Source of the DNA: Desulfobaccales bacterium
GTDB lineage: Bacteria; Desulfobacterota; Desulfobaccia; Desulfobaccales; 0-14-0-80-60-11
DNA: 64,000 nt
Direction: 5' to 3'
Assembly (NCBI GenBank): GCA_049580385.1
Contig: JBAUPV010000030.1
Span: forward strand, 769,974-833,973
Each line of letters opens with the position of its first letter. Within the stretch, counting starts at the first letter, position 1. The notes below the pieces were generated by a model that did no database searches, was not told the origin of the DNA, and saw only the letters and a list, made by a program, of their open reading frames with translations. Both the position numbers and the translations under genes were made by a program. Positions 52,858-62,160 of this stretch are shown one piece after another.

Positions 52858-53856
52858 CTAGTGAACAGAGGGAGGGGGTGGATAACCGCTCCAGCGGCGC
52901 AGCAGATCCTCATCCACTTCCATGGTCACGGGTGTCATTTGGGCAATGGGAATGGTCTTGGGGGACTCGCCCTGGAGGACCCGCCGGGCCAAGGCGGCGG
53001 TGTCCGCCCCCAGGCGGCGGTAGTCCAGGACCAGCCACAATAAGGCCCCCTGGTGCGACCCCTCGGGATAGCCGCTCACCACTATGACCTTGAGGCGCCG
53101 GCCCCAATCCAGCACCAAGGGGGCGTAGCGGCCGGTGCTGGCCGCAGCAGGGAGATAGAGTACCCGGGCGCCGCCTGCCAGGAGACGTTCCAGTTGCGGG
53201 CGATCCGTAGCCGCGGCGCTGCTGGCCTCGATCAAGGGTTTGATCCCGAACCGGGGAGCTAATTGGCCAAATTCCCGGGCCAGGTCCGCGGCCACCCCGT
53301 CGGTGGGATCGTATAACAGTCCCCAGGCCGCGCTCCCCAGGAGGCCGGAGCCCTCCTTCAAGGCTGCTTCCAGGGGGGGCGGCGAGGCGATGCCGGTGAT
53401 ATTTTCCTGATGCTCCCCGGGATGCTCCGGCGCATAGACGGCCTTGGTGAAATAGGGATTGGCCACCAGGGCGAAGACCACCGGGGTGTTTTTCACCTCC
53501 GGCGCCACCTGAAGCAGGGCCGGGGTGCCCAGGACCACCAGCAGCCGGGGCCGGAGCTGCTGCGCCCGCCGCAGTTGCTCCCGGATTTCCGGGTCGGCGT
53601 CCGGGGCGCACACCACTTTCAGGGGAATGTCCTTGAGGTTTTCTTCCAGGCCCGCAATGGCCTGGCGCATCCGCGGCGAATCCGGGGAGCAAAAAATGAC
53701 AACGGGATTCTGCCGGGAAGAACGGCAGCCCCAGGTGACCAGCGCCAGGACCAAGGCCAGAGACAGGAATAGGAACAGGACCAGAAGCTTGCGGTTTTGG
53801 ATTTTCGGTTTTCGGTATATGCATCTCTGAGTGGGAGGGCTGGTGTGCTGCTTCAT
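52858..53856 (-). CDS. ABC-transporter substrate-binding lipoprotein (ABC_sub_bind-like)
   Basis: The start is set at ATG 53856. It has a lipoprotein-type signal (LALVLALVTWGC) and the C-terminal YRRLGADTAALARRVLQGESPKTIPI, which is typical of this family. Confidence 0.6.
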   Translation of the reverse strand: MKQHTSPPTQRCIYRKPKIQNRKLLVLFLFLSLALVLALVTWGCRSSRQNPVVIFCSPDSPRMRQAIAGLEENLKDIPLKVVCAPDADPEIREQLRRAQQLRPRLLVVLGTPALLQVAPEVKNTPVVFALVANPYFTKAVYAPEHPGEHQENITGIASPPPLEAALKEGSGLLGSAAWGLLYDPTDGVAADLAREFGQLAPRFGIKPLIEASSAAATDRPQLERLLAGGARVLYLPAAASTGRYAPLVLDWGRRLKVIVVSGYPEGSHQGALLWLVLDYRRLGADTAALARRVLQGESPKTIPIAQMTPVTMEVDEDLLRRWSGYPPPPSVH

Positions 53857-53961
53857 AATTGCCAGGACGTTTCGAATTACGGTTTTAACCCCTTCCCAAT
53901 GGGACCTCAAAACCCTGGACCGGTTGCCGGATACTATTGGCCCAAGTGAGCAAAACGCCTC

Positions 53962-54786
53962 TCAATGGATGATTTTTCCTATCCGGTTCCAGCGCACCTG
54001 GAATTGTTGAGTGTCCCAGGAATGGTGGCGAATCAGCCCCTCCAGTCCCCCCAGGAAGCTCTGGAGGAATTTTGGTTCCCCGGGAGGCCCCTTCCACGAG
54101 AAATAGATGATCGTGGCCCTACCCTTGAAAGCGCTCATGTTGACGAAACCCCAAAAACGGCTGTCGAAGCTGCGGTCCCGGTTATCGCCCATGCAGAAAT
54201 AGCAGTTGGCAGGGACCACCACCGGGCCGTAATTATCCCGGGGCGCCTGGTCGGCCGGGATAACTTCGTCGGGGTCTTTGAAGATGGCCTGGGGTGTGAT
54301 GTATTGCTGGCCGTTAATGTAAACCTTTTTATTGATAATCTGCAGCTTATCACCGGGCAGGCCGATGACCCTCTTGATATAGTCCTTGGGTTCGATATAG
54401 GCCGGGTTATCGCGGTAAGCACTGGTTGGCGGCTGATTGATATAGCCTTTGCTGGGGTCCAGGGTGAAGATGAAGACCACCACGTCGCCCCGCTGGGGTG
54501 TGCCCACCGGGACCAGTACCCTGTTGCTGAAGGGGTTGCGGATGCCGTAGCTCGATCGGTTTACCAGGAGGTAGTCCCCCACCAGCAGGGTGTTTTCCAT
54601 GGACCCGGAGGGAATGGAAAAGGCCTCGAAAAGAAAGGCCCGGATGACCAGGGCCAGGATGATGGCGATGCCCAAGGCCTCGCCATATTCCCGGAAGATG
54701 GATTTCTGCCGCGGACGCAGGCTGGGGGCGGATCCCTGAAGTTTGGCAAACAATGTTTTTATATTCCTTGAATGGTAGTGGGGCAA
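53962..54786 (-). CDS. lepB: Signal peptidase I
   Basis: Motifs are SGSMENTLL (catalytic Ser), KRVIGLPGD (Lys) and GDNRDRSFDSRFWG. The start (TTG) is uncertain. Confidence 0.9.
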   Translation of the reverse strand: MPHYHSRNIKTLFAKLQGSAPSLRPRQKSIFREYGEALGIAIILALVIRAFLFEAFSIPSGSMENTLLVGDYLLVNRSSYGIRNPFSNRVLVPVGTPQRGDVVVFIFTLDPSKGYINQPPTSAYRDNPAYIEPKDYIKRVIGLPGDKLQIINKKVYINGQQYITPQAIFKDPDEVIPADQAPRDNYGPVVVPANCYFCMGDNRDRSFDSRFWGFVNMSAFKGRATIIYFSWKGPPGEPKFLQSFLGGLEGLIRHHSWDTQQFQVRWNRIGKIIH

Positions 54787-54811
54787 CGGGCGCTAGCAGC
54801 GCCGGGATCCC

Positions 54812-54973
54812 TTAATCCATGGGTGCGAATTGATCCTGGGGGGCGCCGCATAAGGGACAAACCCACTCCGGAGGCAGTTTTTCAAAGGGGGTGCCGGGCG
54901 GGACGCCATTGTCTTCGTCACCCTGGGCGGGATCATAAATATAACCGCAAATCTGGCACTGATATTTCTGCAT
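54812..54973 (-). CDS. Rubredoxin
   Basis: Below the track length cut-off. Own translation from ATG 54973 (AAGGAG SD): [53 protein letters not shown]. It has the CxxCG...CPxCG motifs. Confidence 0.85.
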   Translation of the reverse strand: MQKYQCQICGYIYDPAQGDEDNGVPPGTPFEKLPPEWVCPLCGAPQDQFAPMD

Positions 54974-54987
54974 GATGAGCTCCTTTC

Positions 54988-55620
54988 TCAGTTGGGTGCG
55001 ACCCGGTTGAGTCTCCGGATCAGGGCAGGGGCGGCCGCGAAGGAGTCGAGATGATGCGCCGCTTTAAGACGGGGGTTGCGGTAGGCCACCAGGGACACCC
55101 CGGCATTGGCGGCAAAGTCCTGGTCTACCTCAGAGTCCCCGATATAGATGGCGTCCCGGGCCTCGAGACCGAAGTGGCCCAGGATGCGTTCAAATGATTC
55201 CGGGTGCGGTTTGGGGCGGGAGACGTCCTGGGCCGAAATCACCAGGTCAAAGCCTGCCGTCAAGCCGTGGTATTGCAGCACCGCACCGGTGGTGGTAGTG
55301 CGATTGGTAGCCAGTGCGGTGAAACAGCCGGGGCGCAAAAAGTTCAGGAATTCCCGGAGGTGCGGCTCTTCCACCATCATCGGAATAAAGGGCCCGTAAT
55401 CGTAACTGCGGGCGAAATCGAAGACCGACTGCAGGCTGGGGAAGCCCTTAAAGAGATATTCGAGGGATTCCAGGACAGTATGGCTGTGGACATAATCCTC
55501 GGCCTGGGTGCTCAAGCGCGGGCGCTCAAAGCGGGCCAGAATGGTATTATAAAAGGCGATGTTGGCCTGCCGGGAATCGAACAAGACCCCATCGCAATCG
55601 AAGGCTACCAGCTTGATCAA
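54988..55620 (-). CDS. HAD-superfamily phosphatase
   Basis: TTG start. [16 protein letters not shown] is the DxDG motif I, and YIGDSEVD is motif IV. Confidence 0.8.
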   Translation of the reverse strand: MIKLVAFDCDGVLFDSRQANIAFYNTILARFERPRLSTQAEDYVHSHTVLESLEYLFKGFPSLQSVFDFARSYDYGPFIPMMVEEPHLREFLNFLRPGCFTALATNRTTTTGAVLQYHGLTAGFDLVISAQDVSRPKPHPESFERILGHFGLEARDAIYIGDSEVDQDFAANAGVSLVAYRNPRLKAAHHLDSFAAAPALIRRLNRVAPN

Positions 55621-55935
55621 ACCAGGTGTCCCGAATAAATAGAAATGGAGGCGCCCCCGCTGGCGGCGGGGGCGGAATCCCTGCCCAGATTTCAGTAATT
55701 AATTTTACTAGGTTAATTTGAAATATCCAGGTTGTCAATAGCCCAGCCAACGGAGCTGCCTGGCCGAGTCCGGGTAGCAAAGGCGTCCCGCCTGTGTAAG
55801 GTTAATTTGTGAGTTTAGTTCACACAGGCCAGAGGCCTAGGCTACCAATTCGGGTAAGGGTAATTTCAGGGCCCGCCTCCCCTTAAAAAATGCTTTTCCC
55901 TTGATTTTTAGCGGGAGTTTTCCCAAAATGCAGGA

Positions 55936-57042
55936 ATGCCTGAAACTTCCGAAAGTTCGCGGCTTCCGGCCCTGAGAAACCGGCTGGCGTCCCGGGACTT
56001 CGACGCCATCTTGATCTCCGGCCCGGAGAACCGCCGTTATCTCAGCGGCTTCACCGCCGACGATCCCGACTGGGGATTGCTTCTCATCACCCAGGCCGCG
56101 GCAGTGCTCATCACCGATTTCCGCTACCAAATTTGGGCCCAACAGGAGGCCGCGGCCTTTCGGATCGAGGTTTACCGCCAAGACCTGGGGCAAAGCCTGG
56201 TGCAGTTCCTTAAGGAGTTGGGAGTGCGCCGCCTGGGCTTCGAGGCGGCGCACCTGAGCTACCGCCAGTATCAGCGGCTGAGCGCCGCCGCGGCCGCCTC
56301 ATCCCTGCGGGTGGAGTGGGAGCCCGTGGAAGGACTGGTGGAAGAGCTGCGGGAAACCAAGGCCCCGGATGAATTGGCAGCCATGCGCCGGGCTCTGGAA
56401 CTGAGCGAACAGGTTCTGCGCCGGGTTGCTGCGGCGCTGGCCCCGGGGCAGACCGAGCGCCAGGTGGCCTGGGAGGTTGAAAAGGGTCTCAGGGAGGCAG
56501 GGGCGGAGGCCCTGGCCTTTCCCCCCATCGTGGCCGCGGGACCCAACAGCGCCCGCCCCCACCACCAGCCGGGCGACAGGGTCATCGAGGCCGGGGAACC
56601 CATCATCATCGATATGGGCGCCCGGCTGCACGGGTACTGCGCCGATATCACCCGCACCTATCTCCTGGGACCTGCGGATGAGCGGTTTAAGGAGATTTAC
56701 ACCCTGGTGCGCCGGGCCCAGGTGCAGGCGGAGAGGGGACTCCGGGCCGGGATGGACAGCCTGGCGGGAGACGCCTTGGCCCGGGAGGTGATCTCCGAGG
56801 CGGGCTATGGCGAGGCCTTCGGCCATTCCCTGGGTCACGGGGTGGGCCTGGCGGTGCATGAAAACCCCTCTCTGAACCCGAACCCGGAGCGCCGCTCCTT
56901 ACTCAAGCCCGGCAGCGTCTTGACGGTGGAGCCGGGGATCTACCTGGCGGATTGGGGCGGGGTGCGCCTGGAAGATATGGTGTTGCTGGAGCGAGAGGGG
57001 GCTGAGGTCTTGAACCGTTATCAGGAGTTTTATAGATGGTGA
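55936..57042 (+). CDS. M24B Xaa-Pro aminopeptidase/dipeptidase
   Basis: 368 aa with a creatinase-like N-domain. The metal ligands are DMGARLHGYCADITRT, HSLGHGVGLAVHE, LTVEPGIY and VRLED. Confidence 0.85.
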   Translation: MPETSESSRLPALRNRLASRDFDAILISGPENRRYLSGFTADDPDWGLLLITQAAAVLITDFRYQIWAQQEAAAFRIEVYRQDLGQSLVQFLKELGVRRLGFEAAHLSYRQYQRLSAAAAASSLRVEWEPVEGLVEELRETKAPDELAAMRRALELSEQVLRRVAAALAPGQTERQVAWEVEKGLREAGAEALAFPPIVAAGPNSARPHHQPGDRVIEAGEPIIIDMGARLHGYCADITRTYLLGPADERFKEIYTLVRRAQVQAERGLRAGMDSLAGDALAREVISEAGYGEAFGHSLGHGVGLAVHENPSLNPNPERRSLLKPGSVLTVEPGIYLADWGGVRLEDMVLLEREGAEVLNRYQEFYRW

Positions 57043-57172
57043 GGGAGTTTTATCCCAGCCCCTCAATATCTAGATATTGCGCCTACTTAGGAAAACTAGG
57101 GGTCTGTTCAGCAATCGGTTATCCATTTAAAAGACTGATTTGTACCCCCCCTTTTTCAAGGCGATATTATAC

Positions 57173-57201
57173 TTGACAGACCTGGAAGCATGATATAAGC
57201 T
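57173..57201 (+). promoter_or_regulatory. Inward-facing promoter-like sequence in the left IR
   Basis: TTGACA-N15-TATAAG (or N17-TAAGCT) lies upstream of the DUF3800 gene. Confidence 0.35.
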
Positions 57202-57254
57202 CTTGTCACGCTTGCGGAAATCGGGTATAATATCGCCTCTTAGGAGAAGGGGCG

Positions 57255-58175
57255 ATGGGTATACTTGGTAATTTTAACAAGCTTTTCCAGGAATTACAGG
57301 GTGGTGAAAAGACCCTCCCTGGAGATTATTTCCGGTTTTTTGAGTGCGGCTTGCCAGCCCGTGAAAGAAACAAAAGGTGGATTGTGGCGCTAAAAGCCTA
57401 CATAGATGCTAGCGGGATGTCGAATATAAGGAAAGACCCCATTTTGCTTCTTGGCGGATTTGTTGGCGTTGCCCAAACCTGGGCGAATTTTTCAGATGCT
57501 TGGCAAGCAGAGCTTGATAACCCTCCAACCATTGAATATTTTAGTCTAAATGAAGCATTTCATCCCAAACATGATAGTCAGTTCAAGGGATGGGATAAAC
57601 AGGATATTATGCTTAAAATCAATAAATTAGTAAATGTGATTAAGTCAACTTTCCCCTTGGGGCGTGTTGCTTCATATATTGATAAAAGAGAGTATGGCCA
57701 ATTAATTATAAAACAAATCCCTAAACGTAGAAAGGACAATCCATATTGGTTATGTTTCCAGCATCTAATTGTTAATGTGGTTGCTAAACAACATAAATCA
57801 AAGTCTCAATATAAAGTTCCTATTGATTTTATATTCGATGAAGAGGGTGAATTGGGTTACGATTGCGCCAAGTGGATGAATTATTTTAAAATGACCGTGA
57901 TTCCTAAATATGCCCTTCCTTATTTCGGCACCATAACTTTTGGTGATGATAAGAAGATTGTTGCGCTACAAGCTGCCGATTTATATGCTGGATTATACAG
58001 GCGGCACCTATTTGAAAATAAAGCTATTTTTATGCCAATGCCGAAAGAATTGCAATTACTACAAGAAATACCTGCGATTTATGATCAACCAATAAACTTG
58101 AGAGATGTATCAATAGATATACAGAAAGAAGAAATCAGACAACTTATGAAAAAGAAGCGTTCTGACTCTACTTAG
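57255..58175 (+). CDS. DUF3800-like protein (passenger gene)
   Basis: 306 aa. The N-terminal AYIDASG (cf. Y.DESG) and the C-terminal VALQAADLYAG (cf. LQ.AD) are the two motifs I associate with DUF3800. Confidence 0.55.
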   Translation: MGILGNFNKLFQELQGGEKTLPGDYFRFFECGLPARERNKRWIVALKAYIDASGMSNIRKDPILLLGGFVGVAQTWANFSDAWQAELDNPPTIEYFSLNEAFHPKHDSQFKGWDKQDIMLKINKLVNVIKSTFPLGRVASYIDKREYGQLIIKQIPKRRKDNPYWLCFQHLIVNVVAKQHKSKSQYKVPIDFIFDEEGELGYDCAKWMNYFKMTVIPKYALPYFGTITFGDDKKIVALQAADLYAGLYRRHLFENKAIFMPMPKELQLLQEIPAIYDQPINLRDVSIDIQKEEIRQLMKKKRSDST

Positions 58176-58317
58176 TAGCACGTTTCTTCTTAGCAATCTT
58201 ATCAAATGCTTTCTCAAAGCCTTTCTTTGAAAGGGGTTCTTCGATCTTCTTGGCAGCCTCGATAAACCGGGCGGCCTGTTCTTTGTCGTCTGGCTCGGGT
58301 TTCTTTTTCCTGCCCAT
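58168..58317 (-). CDS. 49-aa Lys-rich ORF at the end of the transposase/R-M operon
   Basis: Own translation: MGRKKKPEPDDKEQAARFIEAAKKIEEPLSKKGFEKAFDKIAKKKRATK. It starts 5 nt after the S-subunit stop. It replaces the implausible 70-aa track ORF in another frame. Confidence 0.4.
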   Translation of the reverse strand: MGRKKKPEPDDKEQAARFIEAAKKIEEPLSKKGFEKAFDKIAKKKRATK

Positions 58318-58322
58318 ATCAA

Positions 58323-59255
58323 TCACCGTCCATCTATAAAAGCGGCGTAAGGTGTCGTTTCAATAATAGCGGCGATGGCATCTTCATCGACCATTCCGAG
58401 GGCTGTAGCTGGTAATGGAACGGTGACGCGTTCCAATTTTGCTTTATAGCATTTCCGATAATAAGAAAAACGCCATTGTTCGCGTTTGAGCATTACTATG
58501 ATTAGCGATTGAGTAGCGGGACTCATAGGAACCTTTGGCGTACATATTGCCACATCGTCTTTAGCTGCAAATTTATATGGATGATACTTTGCGCTCAATG
58601 TACTACCATTAAAAGCGATAGTCATCCGATTTTCATACACCCCTTTATCAACCTGGAAATATCCGCAAACCCCATTATCTAAATTGCCACACGATATAAT
58701 GGGAATATTCCCAGCGGGAAGGACGCTGTAATTGTGATAATCGCCGGGAATCAAGTCAAAGAGCGATCCGAGAGCAAACCGTTGTAGGTGAAACTGCACA
58801 TTATCTTGTTTTGGCTTATTCATTTTGGGCATGTACTCTATGACTGGGAAACGCACATTGCTGGGAATATGAGCTGGAACCATAAGGCGAGCAATCCGAT
58901 CCGCCGTTGTCTGCCAGTACCATGAAAATCTCCATCGAACAGCAAGATTGATATAGCTCGCCATGTATGCAAGCTGCTCGGGCCGCAGTGGATGTTTTGG
59001 CTCCAAGACTACCAATCCATTGCCCGCACGTCCGCAAGCCACAAACGGAGGCGCTTGCACGCTCGCTTCACAAAACGCAGATACAGCAATTCCCATGAAT
59101 CCAAAAACTCTATCTGTTGGGAGCGGGGTAACAAGACCAACCACTGCGTTGTCTGATAAGCCATTGCCGACGTATGGCACGGGACCCGCCTTGTATCTAT
59201 TGAACAAATCAGATTTGGCTCGATGAAGATCAAACAATGCGTCGATACGTTTCAT
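58323..59255 (-). CDS. Restriction-modification specificity subunit (two TRD-like halves; BcgI-B-like)
   Basis: 310 aa with an internal duplication: IDALFDLHRAKSDLFNRYKAGPVPYVGNGLSDNAVVGLV versus LGSLFDLIPGDYHNYSVLPAGNIPIISCGNLDNGVCGYF. The ATG overlaps the methylase stop (ATGA). Confidence 0.65.
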   Translation of the reverse strand: MKRIDALFDLHRAKSDLFNRYKAGPVPYVGNGLSDNAVVGLVTPLPTDRVFGFMGIAVSAFCEASVQAPPFVACGRAGNGLVVLEPKHPLRPEQLAYMASYINLAVRWRFSWYWQTTADRIARLMVPAHIPSNVRFPVIEYMPKMNKPKQDNVQFHLQRFALGSLFDLIPGDYHNYSVLPAGNIPIISCGNLDNGVCGYFQVDKGVYENRMTIAFNGSTLSAKYHPYKFAAKDDVAICTPKVPMSPATQSLIIVMLKREQWRFSYYRKCYKAKLERVTVPLPATALGMVDEDAIAAIIETTPYAAFIDGR

Positions 59256-61180
59256 TTGTAATCCTCCGCATTGATTTCTTTCCCGAACCGAACAAGGAAT
59301 GCAGCAGTCTGCCTAGCCATGTCATCCACGGCCGTCCGCAATGTCTCTTCCGTAAGCGGTTCGGTATCTAAGTATGCCTCTGGAACTATCTCTAAAAGCG
59401 GGTCTGAGTAGTCGATAGGCGCAGTCTTGCAGAACTTTGGAATATTCACACTGTTACCGCCGGGGTGTGAAATAAACGCTCGCAATAAAGGTAAAACTTC
59501 AGGTAATTGATTCTTTTCGATTCGGGGAGGCCGCATTTCCGATGCAGGCAGTCGTTTTGATTTCAGTTTTAAGTGACCATCGTGGGCAACTCTTGCCCAG
59601 AAAACATCTTGTTTCGGCGGATGAGGGATACCTTTTTTAATAATGATCGCGGCAACTTGCTTTTGGGCTGCCGGATAGAATAGCTCTTCTGGTAAGCTGA
59701 TTACTGCTAATAACGTGTTTGAGGCCAGTAGTTCATCTTTGCGCCAAGTTCTTTCGTCATGAGCACCAAATAATGAACCAAGAGGCAGAAGCGAAAAGAG
59801 AATCTTTCCATCCACCATTGTAGATAGGGCTTGTGAAACGAACCTGTATTCCTTTTCGGACCCTTTGGAGGCAAACGGCGGATTCATCAATACTCGCGTA
59901 ACAGCTTCTTCTCCTATTGGTGGCTTTGTGGCCGTAACAATGGCAGAGGCGTTCCCTTTGACCGTATGTTTTTTTAGAAAAGTATTAAAGGCATTCCGTT
60001 CATCAATGTTATTTTTACCGTCGCCCCTAAAAATCATGTTAACTATCGCTAATGCCGCAACCGTGGAAGCAGGTTCAGAACCGAAAATGTTGTATTTTTT
60101 GAAGCGCTCGATCTGTGTTGGTGTGTTACGCCGTACATAGTCAAACGCCGCAACTAGAAATCCTCCAGTGCCGCAAGCCGGGTCATATACAATATCTTCA
60201 CTCGATATGCCTACCGCCTCGACTGCAAAGCGCGTAATGTGACGAGGAGTCAACACAATTCCAATTTCTTTTGCGCCATTCCCATACTTAAGAAAGACCT
60301 CGTAAAACTGACCAAGCACATCAGTACTGGAATTCATTGCAGCCCGAATATTGAGATTCAAGAGTTCCTGAATGGTCATGACTAAAGCGCTCTTGAATTT
60401 GGTGTGGTTGTCGCTATTTGATGGTGGTATAAGATGCACAAATGGCGCAAATTCCGGTTTTTCGTGCTGTTTTAGAACACTATCACTGCGTGCATTAATG
60501 TCAGCAATTAAAATAGCTAACTTGGTATCGAGATCGGGCGGTTCCTCTATGACAGAAAGCAGGAGCGCCGCAATCGTTTTTGCCCGATCGTTTCTTTCAA
60601 TACCGCCGCTGTGAAGAATTTCATTGATTCTCTGGGCAGTATTCAAAAAAAGTAGCGGAGGAGGGATAAAGTCATGAACATCCGAGATTTGACCACGCAG
60701 AAGAATGGCTGTTTGCTGCGGCGAAAGTAACCCAGTTGCGATCTGCCCGTTGATAGTGACATCGTTCCACTTCCCACCAATTAACGCCTTAGTGCGAATG
60801 AGGTAGCCATGTTCTTCGCTACCAGCGACGCCGGTTGCCAAAAATGCGCGCACCTGCCCTGGGGAATCATTGATTTTGACTGCGTAGTCGTCTATGGCCT
60901 CCTGGATGGCTTGATCTTTTTGCCTTCGTGATGCTTTAGCCTCAATAATCCACAGAACATTCTCTGAAAGTTTGACAATATTTTCGGGGCGCATCTGTCC
61001 AAGGGCATTTTTAATTTGGGCGTGTGCAAGGCATTGATTCTGAGTCCAAACTTGTCCGCTGCCGACCTTACTTGGATCGCGTACAATCCAACCCAAATCG
61101 CGAAGCTGACGACGGATGAACTCATAGGCTTCGACTTCGGTCTCTTTGGCCTTCTTCATTTTGCCATCCATTACTTCCAA
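59252..61180 (-). CDS. Fused PD-(D/E)xK nuclease / N6-adenine DNA methyltransferase (type IIB/IIG, BcgI-A-like)
   Basis: 642 aa. The N-terminus RPENIVKLSENVLWIIEAKASR fits the E...ExK nuclease motif. The SAM motif is VYDPACGTGGFLV and the catalytic motif is VLMNPPFASKG. Confidence 0.8.
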   Translation of the reverse strand: MEVMDGKMKKAKETEVEAYEFIRRQLRDLGWIVRDPSKVGSGQVWTQNQCLAHAQIKNALGQMRPENIVKLSENVLWIIEAKASRRQKDQAIQEAIDDYAVKINDSPGQVRAFLATGVAGSEEHGYLIRTKALIGGKWNDVTINGQIATGLLSPQQTAILLRGQISDVHDFIPPPLLFLNTAQRINEILHSGGIERNDRAKTIAALLLSVIEEPPDLDTKLAILIADINARSDSVLKQHEKPEFAPFVHLIPPSNSDNHTKFKSALVMTIQELLNLNIRAAMNSSTDVLGQFYEVFLKYGNGAKEIGIVLTPRHITRFAVEAVGISSEDIVYDPACGTGGFLVAAFDYVRRNTPTQIERFKKYNIFGSEPASTVAALAIVNMIFRGDGKNNIDERNAFNTFLKKHTVKGNASAIVTATKPPIGEEAVTRVLMNPPFASKGSEKEYRFVSQALSTMVDGKILFSLLPLGSLFGAHDERTWRKDELLASNTLLAVISLPEELFYPAAQKQVAAIIIKKGIPHPPKQDVFWARVAHDGHLKLKSKRLPASEMRPPRIEKNQLPEVLPLLRAFISHPGGNSVNIPKFCKTAPIDYSDPLLEIVPEAYLDTEPLTEETLRTAVDDMARQTAAFLVRFGKEINAEDYK

Positions 61181-61183
61181 GGT

Positions 61184-62110
61184 TTAGCTATGAGTCGTTT
61201 GGTAAGTGAGCCTCTTGCCCTTGACCCCTTGCAGCAGTTTCTCGGCCCGCTCTGAATCATCAACACCCCTGGCGATGCGCTTGTTATAACGGAAATCAAA
61301 CTCGGCCAGATAGCGGTGAAGATGCTGTTTCTTGCAATGCTGATATACCCCCTTCATACCACGCTTGAAGATGGAAAAGAAGCCCTCCACGGTATTTGTG
61401 TGAATTGAGGGATCGGCCTGAGAAACATATTCGCCCTGGCCGTGGCCCACGGCTCCATGCTCCGCAAAATGTTCATCCATGTGTTTATACTGCCCGGCGT
61501 CATCGGTCATCACCCTGGCTTCACGGGCAATATTTTCTTCCAGGATCGGCACAATGGTAGCAGCACTTAAACTGTCTATCACCATGCTCCGGGCTTCGCC
61601 GGATTCCCGATCCAACAGGGATAGCACCTTGCGCTTATGGGCGTATCCCTGTTTTACCGGCATGTTGGCTTCATTCCAGAGAAAAGTTTCATCCACTTCC
61701 ACAATGCCGCCCCCGGAGCCGAAGGGAGCCAGGCTGCCCTCTCTCATGGCTTCCCGGATACGGTGCCCCATGAACCAGGCGGTTTTGAGAGTCACCCCAA
61801 GGGTCCGGTGAAGCTGATTGGCGCTGAAACCTTTCTTTGAGGAGCAAATCAGATACATAGCCTGGAGCCAGAGGCGCATAGGGACATGGCTATCTTCAAA
61901 GATGGTCCCGATCTTGACAGTAAAATGTTTTCGGCATACATAGCACTTGTAGGTGCCGATCCGGGTGCTTTGGCCGTTCATCTTCCCGGTGCGCTCCCGG
62001 GTGCCGCAGTGGGGGCAAACTGGACCCTTGGGCCACAGCCGGGCCTCGACAAAGGCATAAGCAGCCTCTTCATTGAGGAAACGGGGAGCGGAAAAAATTG
62101 ACTTGCTCAT
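61184..62110 (-). CDS. IS1595-family transposase (zinc ribbon + DDE)
   Basis: The start is set at ATG 62110 (AAGGAG SD, downstream of the IR promoter). It has the zinc ribbon CPHCG...CYVCRKHF and an ISXO2-like DDE region (VEVDETF...). Confidence 0.85.
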   Translation of the reverse strand: MSKSIFSAPRFLNEEAAYAFVEARLWPKGPVCPHCGTRERTGKMNGQSTRIGTYKCYVCRKHFTVKIGTIFEDSHVPMRLWLQAMYLICSSKKGFSANQLHRTLGVTLKTAWFMGHRIREAMREGSLAPFGSGGGIVEVDETFLWNEANMPVKQGYAHKRKVLSLLDRESGEARSMVIDSLSAATIVPILEENIAREARVMTDDAGQYKHMDEHFAEHGAVGHGQGEYVSQADPSIHTNTVEGFFSIFKRGMKGVYQHCKKQHLHRYLAEFDFRYNKRIARGVDDSERAEKLLQGVKGKRLTYQTTHS

Positions 62111-62131
62111 GGCTATCTCCTTGTTAAACAT

Positions 62132-62160
62132 ACTATAACCATTCGTTTCAGGTCTGTCAA
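62132..62160 (-). promoter_or_regulatory. Sigma-70 promoter inside the right IR driving the transposase operon
   Basis: The minus strand reads TTGACA-17 nt-TATAGT, followed by AAGGAG and ATG 62110. Confidence 0.5.

Noticed and set aside
52910-53824. 304-aa minus-strand ORF
   Set aside because: It is an alternative frame of the substrate-binding-protein gene and has a Gly/Pro/Arg-rich composition.
58110-58322. 70-aa minus-strand track ORF at the DUF3800 3' end
   Set aside because: The sequence is implausible (MIWAGKRNPSQTTKNRPPG...). Another frame gives a cleaner 49-aa ORF starting 5 nt after the S-subunit stop.
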